Source of the DNA: Pseudomonadota bacterium
GTDB lineage: Bacteria; Bdellovibrionota_B; Oligoflexia; Oligoflexales; CAIYRB01
Direction of reading: 5' to 3'
Assembly (NCBI GenBank): GCA_031416315.1
Contig: JANOTL010000166.1
Coordinates: 1-15,791, forward strand
Length of the DNA: 15,791 nt
The translations under genes and the position numbers were made by a program. Below are positions 1 to 7,993 of the stretch, piece by piece. The notes beneath the pieces were generated by a model. That model was not told the origin of the DNA. It made no database searches and was given only the letters and a program-made list of their open reading frames with translations. Position 1 is the first letter of the stretch. Each line of letters begins with the position of its first letter.

Positions 1-1
1 C

Positions 2-1354
2 GACCTCTACAAGTACTACCAGCACCACGACTTTCGCATCGCGCTCGGCCTGAAATACCTGCAGAACCTGGCCAAGGCGATGGGCGTCACCTCGAAGGTC
101 GAGCCCGTGCTCTCCTTCCCGCTCGGCACCAACGACGTGACCTTGGCCGAGGTCGCGAAGATCTATCAGACGTTCATCAGCGGCAAGACCTACCGGTACT
201 TCGAGGACGGCTCGCCGAACCAGCTCAACTTCATCCGCCGGATCGAGGACCGCTTCGGCAACAAGCTCTTCGAGCCGCAGCGCAAAGAGGCGCAGCTCGT
301 CATGCCGGAGTTCGGCCTCCAAATGCGCGAGATCTTGCAGCGCGTCGTGACGCACGGCACCGGTCGGCGCGCCAGGGCCGAGCTCTACCTCACCGTCGGC
401 GGCGACGCCCCCGCCCAGCCTCTGAAAAAAGGCCAGAAGCCTGCACCCGCCGGCAAAATCGTGCGGCTTCCCGCATTCGGCAAGACCGGCACGACCAACG
501 ACTACACCAACGCCAACTTCGCCGGCTTCATCCCGTACCCGACCGCGAAGAACGAGCCGCTCGACCCGGACAACAGCCTAGTCCTTGCCGCCTACGTCGG
601 CTTCGACGACAACAAGAAGATGGAGGCCGGCGGCATCAAGGTTTCGGGCGCTCAGGGCGCACTTCCCGCCTGGATCGGCCTGGCGAAGGAGGTGATCGAG
701 AAGAAGAAGTGGGCCGAGCAGCTCGACGGCCTCGACCTCGGCATCATCGGCGCCGGCGAATGGCCGCTGATGAAGGATACGCGCGCGGCGAGCCTCAAGG
801 TCGACATGCCGCGCGGCGTCGTCCTGGACCGCGCCGGCGGCGGCGACGTCGAGGGCGTCGCGACCACGAACATCGACCGCGAGGGCGAGTCGAGCTTCGA
901 CGAGTTCAGGGCCAACGTCGTCGAGGCGACCGTGCGCATGCCGATGGACGGCAGCGGCGCGCCGCTCCGCCTCTTTGCGCCGTTCAAGGCCGATCCGAAG
1001 ATGATCGAGAGCGACACGGCGAAGCCCTCGGCGATCGATCCGAAGGCCACGGTCTCGGCCTCCGGCGGCAAGACGACGACCGGCACCGCCGTCCCCGACG
1101 GCACCGCCACCGCCCTGCCGCGGCCGCGGCCTAAGCCCGAGGGCGGCGCGCCTCGAGGCGTCGTCGAGGAGGACACGAGCAAGAGCTACGAAGAGATGCA
1201 GCTCGAGAAGCAGCCGGGGGCGCAAGAAAACCCGGCGCCCGCCGCCCCCGAAGCCGCGCTCGATCCGATGGAGGTCGATAAGGACATCGGCGGCGACCAG
1301 GGACAAGGCGAGCCGGACGCCGCCAACGGCCAGGCCGAGGACGAGCTCTGGTGA
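2..1354 (+). CDS. Penicillin-binding protein, class A (PBP1A-like) transpeptidase C-terminal part; 5'-truncated by the window
   Basis: Frame is open from base 2 (DLYKYYQHHDF...). Contains 'LSFPLGTNDVTLAEVAKIYQTF', 'FIRRIEDRFG', 'LQRVVTHGTG', the KTG motif 'GKTGTTND' (KTG at 482-490), 'YVGFDD' and 'GAQGALPAW', all typical of class A PBP transpeptidase domains. Ends in a low-complexity tail. Confidence 0.85.
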   Translation, partial: DLYKYYQHHDFRIALGLKYLQNLAKAMGVTSKVEPVLSFPLGTNDVTLAEVAKIYQTFISGKTYRYFEDGSPNQLNFIRRIEDRFGNKLFEPQRKEAQLVMPEFGLQMREILQRVVTHGTGRRARAELYLTVGGDAPAQPLKKGQKPAPAGKIVRLPAFGKTGTTNDYTNANFAGFIPYPTAKNEPLDPDNSLVLAAYVGFDDNKKMEAGGIKVSGAQGALPAWIGLAKEVIEKKKWAEQLDGLDLGIIGAGEWPLMKDTRAASLKVDMPRGVVLDRAGGGDVEGVATTNIDREGESSFDEFRANVVEATVRMPMDGSGAPLRLFAPFKADPKMIESDTAKPSAIDPKATVSASGGKTTTGTAVPDGTATALPRPRPKPEGGAPRGVVEEDTSKSYEEMQLEKQPGAQENPAPAAPEAALDPMEVDKDIGGDQGQGEPDAANGQAEDELW

Positions 1355-1415
1355 GCTGAGCTTGAGCCCGTAATTTTTCGCTTCAGCCGCGGCACATCTT
1401 GCCGATTCCCAAGAT

Positions 1416-2882
1416 GTGACCGCCAAAACCGCAAAGCCTGCGCTCGCCCCGCGTGAAACCCTCGCGCAAGTCAGGCTTTTTCTCGCGCTCTTTGCGGTTT
1501 TTGTCACCGTCTTCTCTTGCACCCGCGGCGCGCCTGAGCCGGAGGGGCTCCGCTGGACGCCGCGCGTAGGCTTCGCCGCCTTCGGTCTAAGCGCCCGTCC
1601 CATCTCCCGAAACGCCATGAATTTCGAGGCCGGCAATGCCGCCTCGGCGCGTGCCGTCGACGAAAATACGATCGAGCTCCGCTTGCGTGGCGACAACGAC
1701 GACGCGCTTCCGAGAACTTGGCGCAATTGGTTTTATGCCAAGCTCGAGAACGTGCCGGTCGACGTCCCCGTTGACCTGAAGATCGTTGGCGGCGGCTTCG
1801 AATGTCTGTATCTGCCGGTCTTTTCATACGAGCCTCGTCCCGACAAACGAAACACCGACGCCGCCTGGCGGCAGTTTCGCGAGAGCGAAGTGACGCAGGA
1901 CGGCCGGAACGTCGTCACCGTGCGCGCCGTCTTCACCCAACCAACCGTATGGGTCGCGCGCTGGCACCCCTACACGTACTCGCGCCTCGTCGGCTTTCTC
2001 GGCGGCCTCCGCGGCAAGCCGGGCGTGACGCTCGGCACGCTCGGCGACTCGCCGCGCGGCCGCGACACGCCGTCCGTGACCGTGACCGACGGCGCGTCGC
2101 CGCGCGCGAAGCGCCGCATCGTCATCCACGCGCGGACGCATCCGGGCGAGGTCGGCAGCTCGTTCCTGCTCGAGGGGCTTTTGCGTTTCGCCTCAGGCAG
2201 CGGCCCGGAAGCGCGGAAGCTCCGCGCGAAAGCCGTCCTCGACGTCGTCCCGATGCTGAACGTCGACGGCGTCATCGCGGGCAACAACCGCGTCACGACG
2301 TACGGCGTCAACCTAGAAGGCAAGTGGCTTCCGGCCTCGACCGCGGCCGGCGAGGCGGCTCTGGATCCCGACAAAACCCCGCCGGAAGTGCAGCTGATGC
2401 ACTCGTGGCTCCTGGAGCGCCTTGACGACGGCGCCTTGCCCGCCGTTGCCTTGAACCTGCATGCCTCCGCCGGCCAGCCGGACGACAGCCTCTTCTTCTT
2501 CCCGCATTTTGGCCCCGCCGCGCGCGGCTACGCTGCGGGCGAATCGAGCCTCTATCGCAAGCAAATCGCCTTCATCGACTCCTGGCGCTCGACGCAAGGC
2601 GCGCCTTGGTTCAATCCGCCGGCGACCGACGGTCAGTCGAACTTCGTCTCGCGCGCTCTGCCCGAGAGCTGGTGGTGGCGCACGTACGGCGACGACGTCA
2701 TGGCGATCACCGTCGAGTCGACCTACGGCCGCGCGGCGAAGACCTCGCGCTGGATGACGCCGGAAGACATGCGGACCATGGGGTTCAACCTCGGCAGGGC
2801 CTTGGTCCGCTACCTAGACGGGTTGGGGCCGACGCCGCGTGGCGGCCTGCAAGCGTCCGCATTCTCAGGTGGCTATAAGTAA
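1416..2882 (+). CDS. M14 zinc carboxypeptidase, cytosolic-carboxypeptidase (CCP/Nna1)-like, with probable signal or lipoprotein peptide
   Basis: CCP N-domain-like 'NFEAGN...IELRLRGD...WFY', 'PYTYS', zinc motif 'ARTHPGE', 'PMLNVDGVIAGNNR', third ligand 'NLHAS', catalytic Glu in 'AITVES'. Hydrophobic 'LFLALFAVFVTVFSC' near the N-terminus. The GTG start is uncertain. Confidence 0.85.
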   Translation: MTAKTAKPALAPRETLAQVRLFLALFAVFVTVFSCTRGAPEPEGLRWTPRVGFAAFGLSARPISRNAMNFEAGNAASARAVDENTIELRLRGDNDDALPRTWRNWFYAKLENVPVDVPVDLKIVGGGFECLYLPVFSYEPRPDKRNTDAAWRQFRESEVTQDGRNVVTVRAVFTQPTVWVARWHPYTYSRLVGFLGGLRGKPGVTLGTLGDSPRGRDTPSVTVTDGASPRAKRRIVIHARTHPGEVGSSFLLEGLLRFASGSGPEARKLRAKAVLDVVPMLNVDGVIAGNNRVTTYGVNLEGKWLPASTAAGEAALDPDKTPPEVQLMHSWLLERLDDGALPAVALNLHASAGQPDDSLFFFPHFGPAARGYAAGESSLYRKQIAFIDSWRSTQGAPWFNPPATDGQSNFVSRALPESWWWRTYGDDVMAITVESTYGRAAKTSRWMTPEDMRTMGFNLGRALVRYLDGLGPTPRGGLQASAFSGGYK

Positions 2883-2915
2883 GGGCATCGTCAGCATCGC
2901 CGGCGCGGTAAAGCG

Positions 2916-5168
2916 CTAGGACGTTCGGCTGTTGCCGACGGCAAGCCTGCGGCTGAGCTCGACCCATTGCGGCGGCGCCTTCGCAAGCACGCCGTCGAAG
3001 CTCGCTCGCTCGCCGGCGGCGGTGTCGGCGTTCGAGCACAGGAGGATCGGCACGCGGCTTTTTTCCCGCCAGCTGCGGGCTAGGTCGAGCCCCGTTTGCG
3101 TCGAGGCCTCGTCGAAGTGATAGTCCGTGATCAGGCCCAATGCCTCGGCGAGAAGCTCCGGCTCCTTCTCGATCGCGAGCCAGAGCTCCTCGGGCGAGCC
3201 GAAGGTGCGGACGTTGACCTCTGGCAGAGTTGCCTCCCAGGCCTCGCGCGTGAAGATGCAGTCGTCGACGAAGAGGACCGTCGGCCTTGCGACCCGGGAG
3301 GCGAGCTCGGCCCACTGCGCGCGCGTCATTGGCTTCGGCAGGTAGAGGTCGGCGCCCGCTTCCTGCGCCTTGGCGCGATCGGCCTTGGTGTCGCGGTTCG
3401 AGTGCACGCAAATCAAGGCCTCGACTCCTTGGGCCCTGAGCATGCGGATGATCTCGAAACCGTCGATCGCGCGCGGCCCGAGGTCCAGATCACAGATGAT
3501 GAGCGCCGGCGCATTCGCCTGTGCCAGCGCCAACGCTTGCGCCGCGTCGCCGGCGCGGTCGACGGTGAACTCGGGGGTCGACGCCGCGATCTGTGCCAAC
3601 GCCTCGCAGTAGATCGGCTCGTCATCGATGACGAGCGCGCGCAGCGCGAGGTGCGAGGGTGCAGCGACGCGCGTCATCATCGGCCGTTGCGGAGCCGAAC
3701 GAACGCGACTGGACGCCGTCGGCGGCGGCGCCAGGGGAATCACCGCCGCCGAGGCAGCCGGCACCGTCAACACGAACTGCGTCCCGGTCGCTGCCGACGA
3801 CTCGCAGCGGATGGTGCCGCCGTGCTCGCTCACCACTTTGTGCGCGATCGCGAGACCGAGCCCGGTGCCACGCCGCTTGTTTTTCGTGAAGAACGCGTCG
3901 AAAACGTGCGGAAGGTCCGCGGCTTCGATCGTCGGCCCGTCGTTTTGGATCGCGAGCTCGAGCCACTTGCCGTCGATCACTCGCAAGCTGATCAGCACCC
4001 GCCCCCTGCCGTCTAGCGCTTGGACCGCGTTCTCGAGGATGTTGTGCAGAACTCGTTGCAGCTTTTGCGCGTCGACCATGCCGAAAGGCGTCGTCGCGAA
4101 GCGCCGCTCGAAGGTCACCTCGGCGTCGGGGTAGAGCGCAAGCACGCCCGCGATCGCACCATCGACGAGCGCCGGCAGGCTCAGGGCCTCGAGGTTCAGA
4201 TTGCCGCCCGAGCCGATTTCCATCACGTCCTTCAGCATGCTGTTGACGGTGAGCATCGAGCGCTCGACCTCCGGAATCAGCTGCAGGGCGACACGGCGTT
4301 GCGCCGCCGCGTCGCGCTCGCGGCTCAGGAGCTCCAGGCCCATCCGCAGCATCGAGAACGGCTTGCGCACGTCGTGCGCCATCATTTGCGTCGTCATCGC
4401 GATCGCCTCGTTCCGCTTGCCGCGCACGAGCGCCGTCTGCTCGGCGCTGATCGCGGTCTTGAGCTGCGCCGCGACCTGCTTCAGGGTCTCGGCGACCTTG
4501 TCGAGCTCGCGCGAGCCGAAGCCCTCCGGCGGCAGAAGCACCTGGGTCTCGCCGTTCAGGAAGCGCGGGATCTGCGGCAGGACGTCGTTCAGCCTCGAGA
4601 TCGGCCGCACCACGTAACGGCTCGTCGCTGCGCGCACGGCGAAGAAGAGGAGGCTCAGGACGCCGAGCAGGACGAGAATTCCCGCGTAAAGCGAGTTTTT
4701 CAAGATCGGATCGGCGTCCTGGCCGAGCGGCAGCGCGAAGAGCAAGGCGCCGATCGGATCGCCGGCCCAATTCATGGCGCGCGTCTCGATCGCGTGCGTC
4801 GTCGTCACCGACAAGGCCCGCCGCTCGACCTTGCCGAGGGCGCGCTTCAGCGCCGCCGCGCCCTCGCTCTCGAAGATGATCGAGCCGTCGGCCCGGTAGA
4901 GACCGACCTCCAGCCCTTGCTTGGCGAAGCTCGCGACGATGTCCTTGCCGCGCATCGAGGCCGCGTAGAAGCGGTCGTTGACGAATTCCTGCGAAAGATA
5001 CGGGAGCTGCTGCTCCAACAACACGTTCACCTCGGCCAAAGACTGCCGATTGCGGTCTTCGCGGTAGGCCTCCGCCAGGATGAAATAGCAGGCGATCGCC
5101 ACCGTCAGGCCGGCGAGGCCCGCGAGGACGAAGATGAGGTTCAGCTTGTCGCTGAGCTTCATCCTCAT
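2916..5168 (-). CDS. Hybrid sensor histidine kinase (2 TM, HAMP-like linker, HisKA, HATPase_c, two receiver domains)
   Basis: H-box 'AHDVRKPF', N-box 'HNILENAVQA', 'NDGP', 'VFDAFFT', 'GTGLGL'. REC1 'VIDDEP...ICDLDLG...LPKP'; REC2 'FVDD...ITDYHF...LAKAP'. Its ATG overlaps the upstream TGA (ATGA, 5165-5168). Confidence 0.92.
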   Translation of the reverse strand: MRMKLSDKLNLIFVLAGLAGLTVAIACYFILAEAYREDRNRQSLAEVNVLLEQQLPYLSQEFVNDRFYAASMRGKDIVASFAKQGLEVGLYRADGSIIFESEGAAALKRALGKVERRALSVTTTHAIETRAMNWAGDPIGALLFALPLGQDADPILKNSLYAGILVLLGVLSLLFFAVRAATSRYVVRPISRLNDVLPQIPRFLNGETQVLLPPEGFGSRELDKVAETLKQVAAQLKTAISAEQTALVRGKRNEAIAMTTQMMAHDVRKPFSMLRMGLELLSRERDAAAQRRVALQLIPEVERSMLTVNSMLKDVMEIGSGGNLNLEALSLPALVDGAIAGVLALYPDAEVTFERRFATTPFGMVDAQKLQRVLHNILENAVQALDGRGRVLISLRVIDGKWLELAIQNDGPTIEAADLPHVFDAFFTKNKRRGTGLGLAIAHKVVSEHGGTIRCESSAATGTQFVLTVPAASAAVIPLAPPPTASSRVRSAPQRPMMTRVAAPSHLALRALVIDDEPIYCEALAQIAASTPEFTVDRAGDAAQALALAQANAPALIICDLDLGPRAIDGFEIIRMLRAQGVEALICVHSNRDTKADRAKAQEAGADLYLPKPMTRAQWAELASRVARPTVLFVDDCIFTREAWEATLPEVNVRTFGSPEELWLAIEKEPELLAEALGLITDYHFDEASTQTGLDLARSWREKSRVPILLCSNADTAAGERASFDGVLAKAPPQWVELSRRLAVGNSRTS

Positions 5169-6313
5169 TGGCCGCCACTGCCGACGATGGAGTCGAGGCC
5201 GAGGCCCGCGCGCGTGAGTTTCAGCAGGACGAGCGGCCGCTCCGTGCGACCCTCCGGCGTGAGCGTGACCTTGCCGGTGGCGCCTTCGAACGAGGCGCCG
5301 CGTAGCGCTTTCGCGAGCAAGACGTTGTCTACGGTCTTGGACTTATCGATGGCGGTCTTGAGCGCTTCCAGGCCTTCGAGCGCAATCACGGTCGGGCCGT
5401 AGGCGTCCTTGCCCGTGCGCTCTTTGAGGAGCGCCTTGATGCGTTTGTTGGCCGGCGTGTCGACGTCAGGGTGCCAGTGGTACGTGTAGTAATAGCTCGA
5501 CGTGCTCGTTGGACGACCTTGAAAGAAGATGTCGAGCGTGGCGTACTCCGAGCCCCAGCCGTCAGCGCCAAGCACCGGGATCCCCCCGTGACCGAGCTGG
5601 TCGAGCTTGCGCACGATGTCGACGGCCTTGACCTTCAGCTCCGGCAGAAAGATGAGGTCCGGCGGGTTGCCGGCCAAGGCCGCCTCGAGCTTCGCGTAGT
5701 CGAGCGCGTTGTCGATGTAGTCGAACTGGCGCGAGGCGATCTTGCCGTCGCGCTTCTTCAGGTCGCCGAGGAAGATCTGGGACAGGGAGTCGCTGTACGG
5801 ATCCGACCGGTTGGTGAGCACCAGGACGTTTTTCGCGCCCATGCGCTCCTTTGCGACTCGGGCCAGGGCCTCGCCTTGGAAATCGTCGTTGAAGCACAGT
5901 TGGAACACGGTCCCGCCGATCTTCGAGATGTCGACGTGGGTCGCGTATGGGGTCATGAAAAGCTTGCCGCCCTTCGCGTAGAGCTTGCCGATCGGGCGCG
6001 CGACGCTCGAGAACGAATGGCCGAGGGTGACCAGGTGATTCGGGTCCGCGAGCGCGATTTTGGCGTTTTCGGCCGCGAGGTTGACGTCGGCTTTGTCGTC
6101 CTGCTTGATCACCTCGACCCGGCGGCCCTGGATGCCGCCCGCCCTGTTGGCCTCGTCGGCGAAGGCTTTCGCCGCGTCGTAGATGCCGTCGGCGAGAAAC
6201 GGCATGATGCCGGTGAACGAGCCGGGGACGTAGACGTGGAGCGGCGCTGGCGGCGCGGCGCCGAGCAGGAGGAAGGTCGCAGCGGCGAAAGCCGCCTTTC
6301 CTAAGCGTTTCAC
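5165..6313 (-). CDS. Periplasmic solute-binding protein, branched-chain amino acid (LivJ/LivK, type I PBP) family
   Basis: The likely start is GTG at 6313 (GAGGTGG SD upstream, GTGA overlap with the upstream stop), not the 673-aa ORF start. Signal peptide 'MKRLGKAAFAAATFLLLGAA', then 'NRAGGIQGRRVEVIKQDD', 'LGHSFSS', 'FQLCFNDDFQG', 'LGADGW', 'FEGATGKVTL'. Confidence 0.88.
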   Translation of the reverse strand: MKRLGKAAFAAATFLLLGAAPPAPLHVYVPGSFTGIMPFLADGIYDAAKAFADEANRAGGIQGRRVEVIKQDDKADVNLAAENAKIALADPNHLVTLGHSFSSVARPIGKLYAKGGKLFMTPYATHVDISKIGGTVFQLCFNDDFQGEALARVAKERMGAKNVLVLTNRSDPYSDSLSQIFLGDLKKRDGKIASRQFDYIDNALDYAKLEAALAGNPPDLIFLPELKVKAVDIVRKLDQLGHGGIPVLGADGWGSEYATLDIFFQGRPTSTSSYYYTYHWHPDVDTPANKRIKALLKERTGKDAYGPTVIALEGLEALKTAIDKSKTVDNVLLAKALRGASFEGATGKVTLTPEGRTERPLVLLKLTRAGLGLDSIVGSGGQ

Positions 6314-7101
6314 AGTGCCACCTCGATCGAGTTCGATTTCAGGGAATGCTGCAGACGGTCCAGATAGCGCGCCGAGGTCGCAAGGCGGACGGCGATCCCC
6401 GTCGCTTGCGCCCGCTTCACCCGCGGATCGACGGCGCTCGGAACGATCAGCGCCGCGAGCCACTGCGCCGCGTGCTCCTCGTCGCAAGCCGCGTGAATGC
6501 GCATGAACTCGCTTTCGTGCGCGTCGAAGCCGAGCCGTGTGAGCCCTGCGAGCATCGCCGACGCACGGCGGTGGAGCATCAGCTCGGTCGCGTAGAGCGC
6601 GCCGGCGGCGAAGTCGGCGCAGGCGAAGTAGCCATAGTAAAACACGAGATTCGTGTCGTCGAGGACGGAGTCGAAGGTGCCGGATCCCGCGCCTCTGCGC
6701 TCGCTCGCCGCCAACAGGCGTGCGAACAGCTCGGAATGCGGGACGGGCCGATGCTCGTCGGCGATGTTTTCCTCGACGGCGCGGCGCGCCGACGGCAGCG
6801 CCTGGGCCTCGCCCACCGCGGTGAGCAGCGGAATGAATGCCGGCATGGCTTTCTCTTCGCGCAGAAAGGCGCCGAAGGTCGCCGCGTCGGCGTGCGCGCG
6901 CAGCTCGTCGTACCAAGGATGGCGCGCGGCGTCGTGCGCCTCGATCAAAACTTGCCAGTCTCGGGGATCCATGCGCATCAGAGACTCGACCTGGCGCGCC
7001 ACGCGCGCTGCCTGGGCGTGCCGCCAGCTTTCCAGGGCGAGCCGAAAGGCGCCGTCCCGCTTCGGTCGAAAATGAGCGTCGCAGTCTTGGATCAGCGTCA
7101 C
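6310..7101 (-). CDS. Heme-oxygenase-like dimetal (diiron) oxidase/oxygenase, iron-containing redox enzyme family
   Basis: Ligand pattern 'NIADEHRPVPH' (E, H), 'LYATE' (E) and 'IHAACDEEH' (HxxxDxxH) matches the CADD/SznF/BesC/UndA-type HDO fold. GTG start with a GGAG SD overlaps the upstream TGA. Confidence 0.82.
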   Translation of the reverse strand: MTLIQDCDAHFRPKRDGAFRLALESWRHAQAARVARQVESLMRMDPRDWQVLIEAHDAARHPWYDELRAHADAATFGAFLREEKAMPAFIPLLTAVGEAQALPSARRAVEENIADEHRPVPHSELFARLLAASERRGAGSGTFDSVLDDTNLVFYYGYFACADFAAGALYATELMLHRRASAMLAGLTRLGFDAHESEFMRIHAACDEEHAAQWLAALIVPSAVDPRVKRAQATGIAVRLATSARYLDRLQHSLKSNSIEVAL

Positions 7102-7979
7102 GGCGTGACTCCGGCAGGTAGGGCCGCGACGCGCTCAAGGCGGCGGGCAAGGGCGATGTGGGTGAGGGCGATGACGCCGAGCGCAAGCGAGCTCACGCCC
7201 TCGAGGGCCGAGACGCGCTCATCGAGCAAGAGGGTCGCGACGAGGACCGAGGTCATCGGATCGACGTAGGCGATGAAAGGCGAGATCTTCGCGTCCAAGC
7301 GCAGCGCGCGCCACCAAAGGAGGAACGGCGCCAGCGTGAAGAGCACAGCGAGGATCACCATGCTCGGCAGCTCGCTCGTGTGCTCGAAGACGTGAGCGAA
7401 GCTGACGAAAGGGGCCAGGCAGAGCGTCGCGAATGTCGACTGCACGCCGAGCGAAGTGACCGGCGAGAGCGTGGCCGCGCCGCGCTCGACCAAGGGGATC
7501 AGGCTAAAGAAAAAACCGCCGCAAAGCGCGAGGGCGTAACCCTTGAGGCCAGCGGCCGCGAAGCCGCCGCTTCCCTGGAGGAGGACCGCGATGACGACCA
7601 CGGCGGCCGCGAGCGCTCCGCCGTCGAGCCCGGAGAGCCGGCGGCCGTCGAGCCAGGCGCGGAAGACGAGGGTCAGCATCGGGCCCGTGTAGAAGAGGGC
7701 GACGCAAACGGGAATGGGCGCCAATTTGAAGGCGGAGAACAGGCAGACCATGTTCAGGAAGATCGCCGCGGACGTCGCGCACGCGGCGAGGAGCGCCCTT
7801 TTCGAGGGGCGCGCCAGGCCGCGTTGACCGCGCCAGAAGATCGGTGGGACAATGATCGACGCCGTGATCGCCATGCGCAGGAAGACCAGCTCGACGCCGG
7901 TGAAAGCCGACGGCTTCACGACCAGCGCGGTCGAGCCGAAGAGGATGAAGGCGGCCGCGGCAAGCGCGTAAGGCATCAT
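7098..7979 (-). CDS. DMT superfamily (EamA-type) small-molecule transporter
   Basis: 293 aa with about 10 hydrophobic segments in two repeats; 'LVFLRM', 'LFYTGP', 'FIAYVDPMTSVLVATLLLDE'. Start is ATG at 7979 or 7976. Confidence 0.85.
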   Translation of the reverse strand: MMPYALAAAAFILFGSTALVVKPSAFTGVELVFLRMAITASIIVPPIFWRGQRGLARPSKRALLAACATSAAIFLNMVCLFSAFKLAPIPVCVALFYTGPMLTLVFRAWLDGRRLSGLDGGALAAAVVVIAVLLQGSGGFAAAGLKGYALALCGGFFFSLIPLVERGAATLSPVTSLGVQSTFATLCLAPFVSFAHVFEHTSELPSMVILAVLFTLAPFLLWWRALRLDAKISPFIAYVDPMTSVLVATLLLDERVSALEGVSSLALGVIALTHIALARRLERVAALPAGVTP

Positions 7980-7993
7980 GCGAGGAGCCTCAC
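7980..7993. repeat. Left copy of a short inverted repeat (GCGAGG-AG-CCTCAC) that also carries SD-like motifs on both strands
   Basis: This 14-bp stretch is the entire gap between the divergent DMT and methyltransferase starts. It is quasi-palindromic (GAGG-AG-CCTC) and matches the reverse complement of 8857-8869 in two 6-bp blocks. Confidence 0.55.

Noticed and set aside
1389..1403. GCGGCACATCTTGCC, a sigma54-like motif upstream of the M14 gene
   Set aside because: The GG-to-GC spacing is 8 nt rather than the required 10.
1355..1415. Possible terminator hairpin after the PBP gene
   Set aside because: The stem is weak and interrupted, with the T-run inside the loop rather than after the stem.
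578..5402. Long alternative ORFs (578..1726, 3096..4016, 3622..5178, 4020..5402 and similar)
   Set aside because: They overlap motif-supported genes, are Arg/Ala/Pro-rich, and are expected at this GC content.
6314..7186. N-terminal 290 aa of the 673-aa ORF 5165..7186
   Set aside because: It is an Arg-rich alternate-frame read of the HDO gene. The SBP has its own SD, GTG start and signal peptide at 6313.
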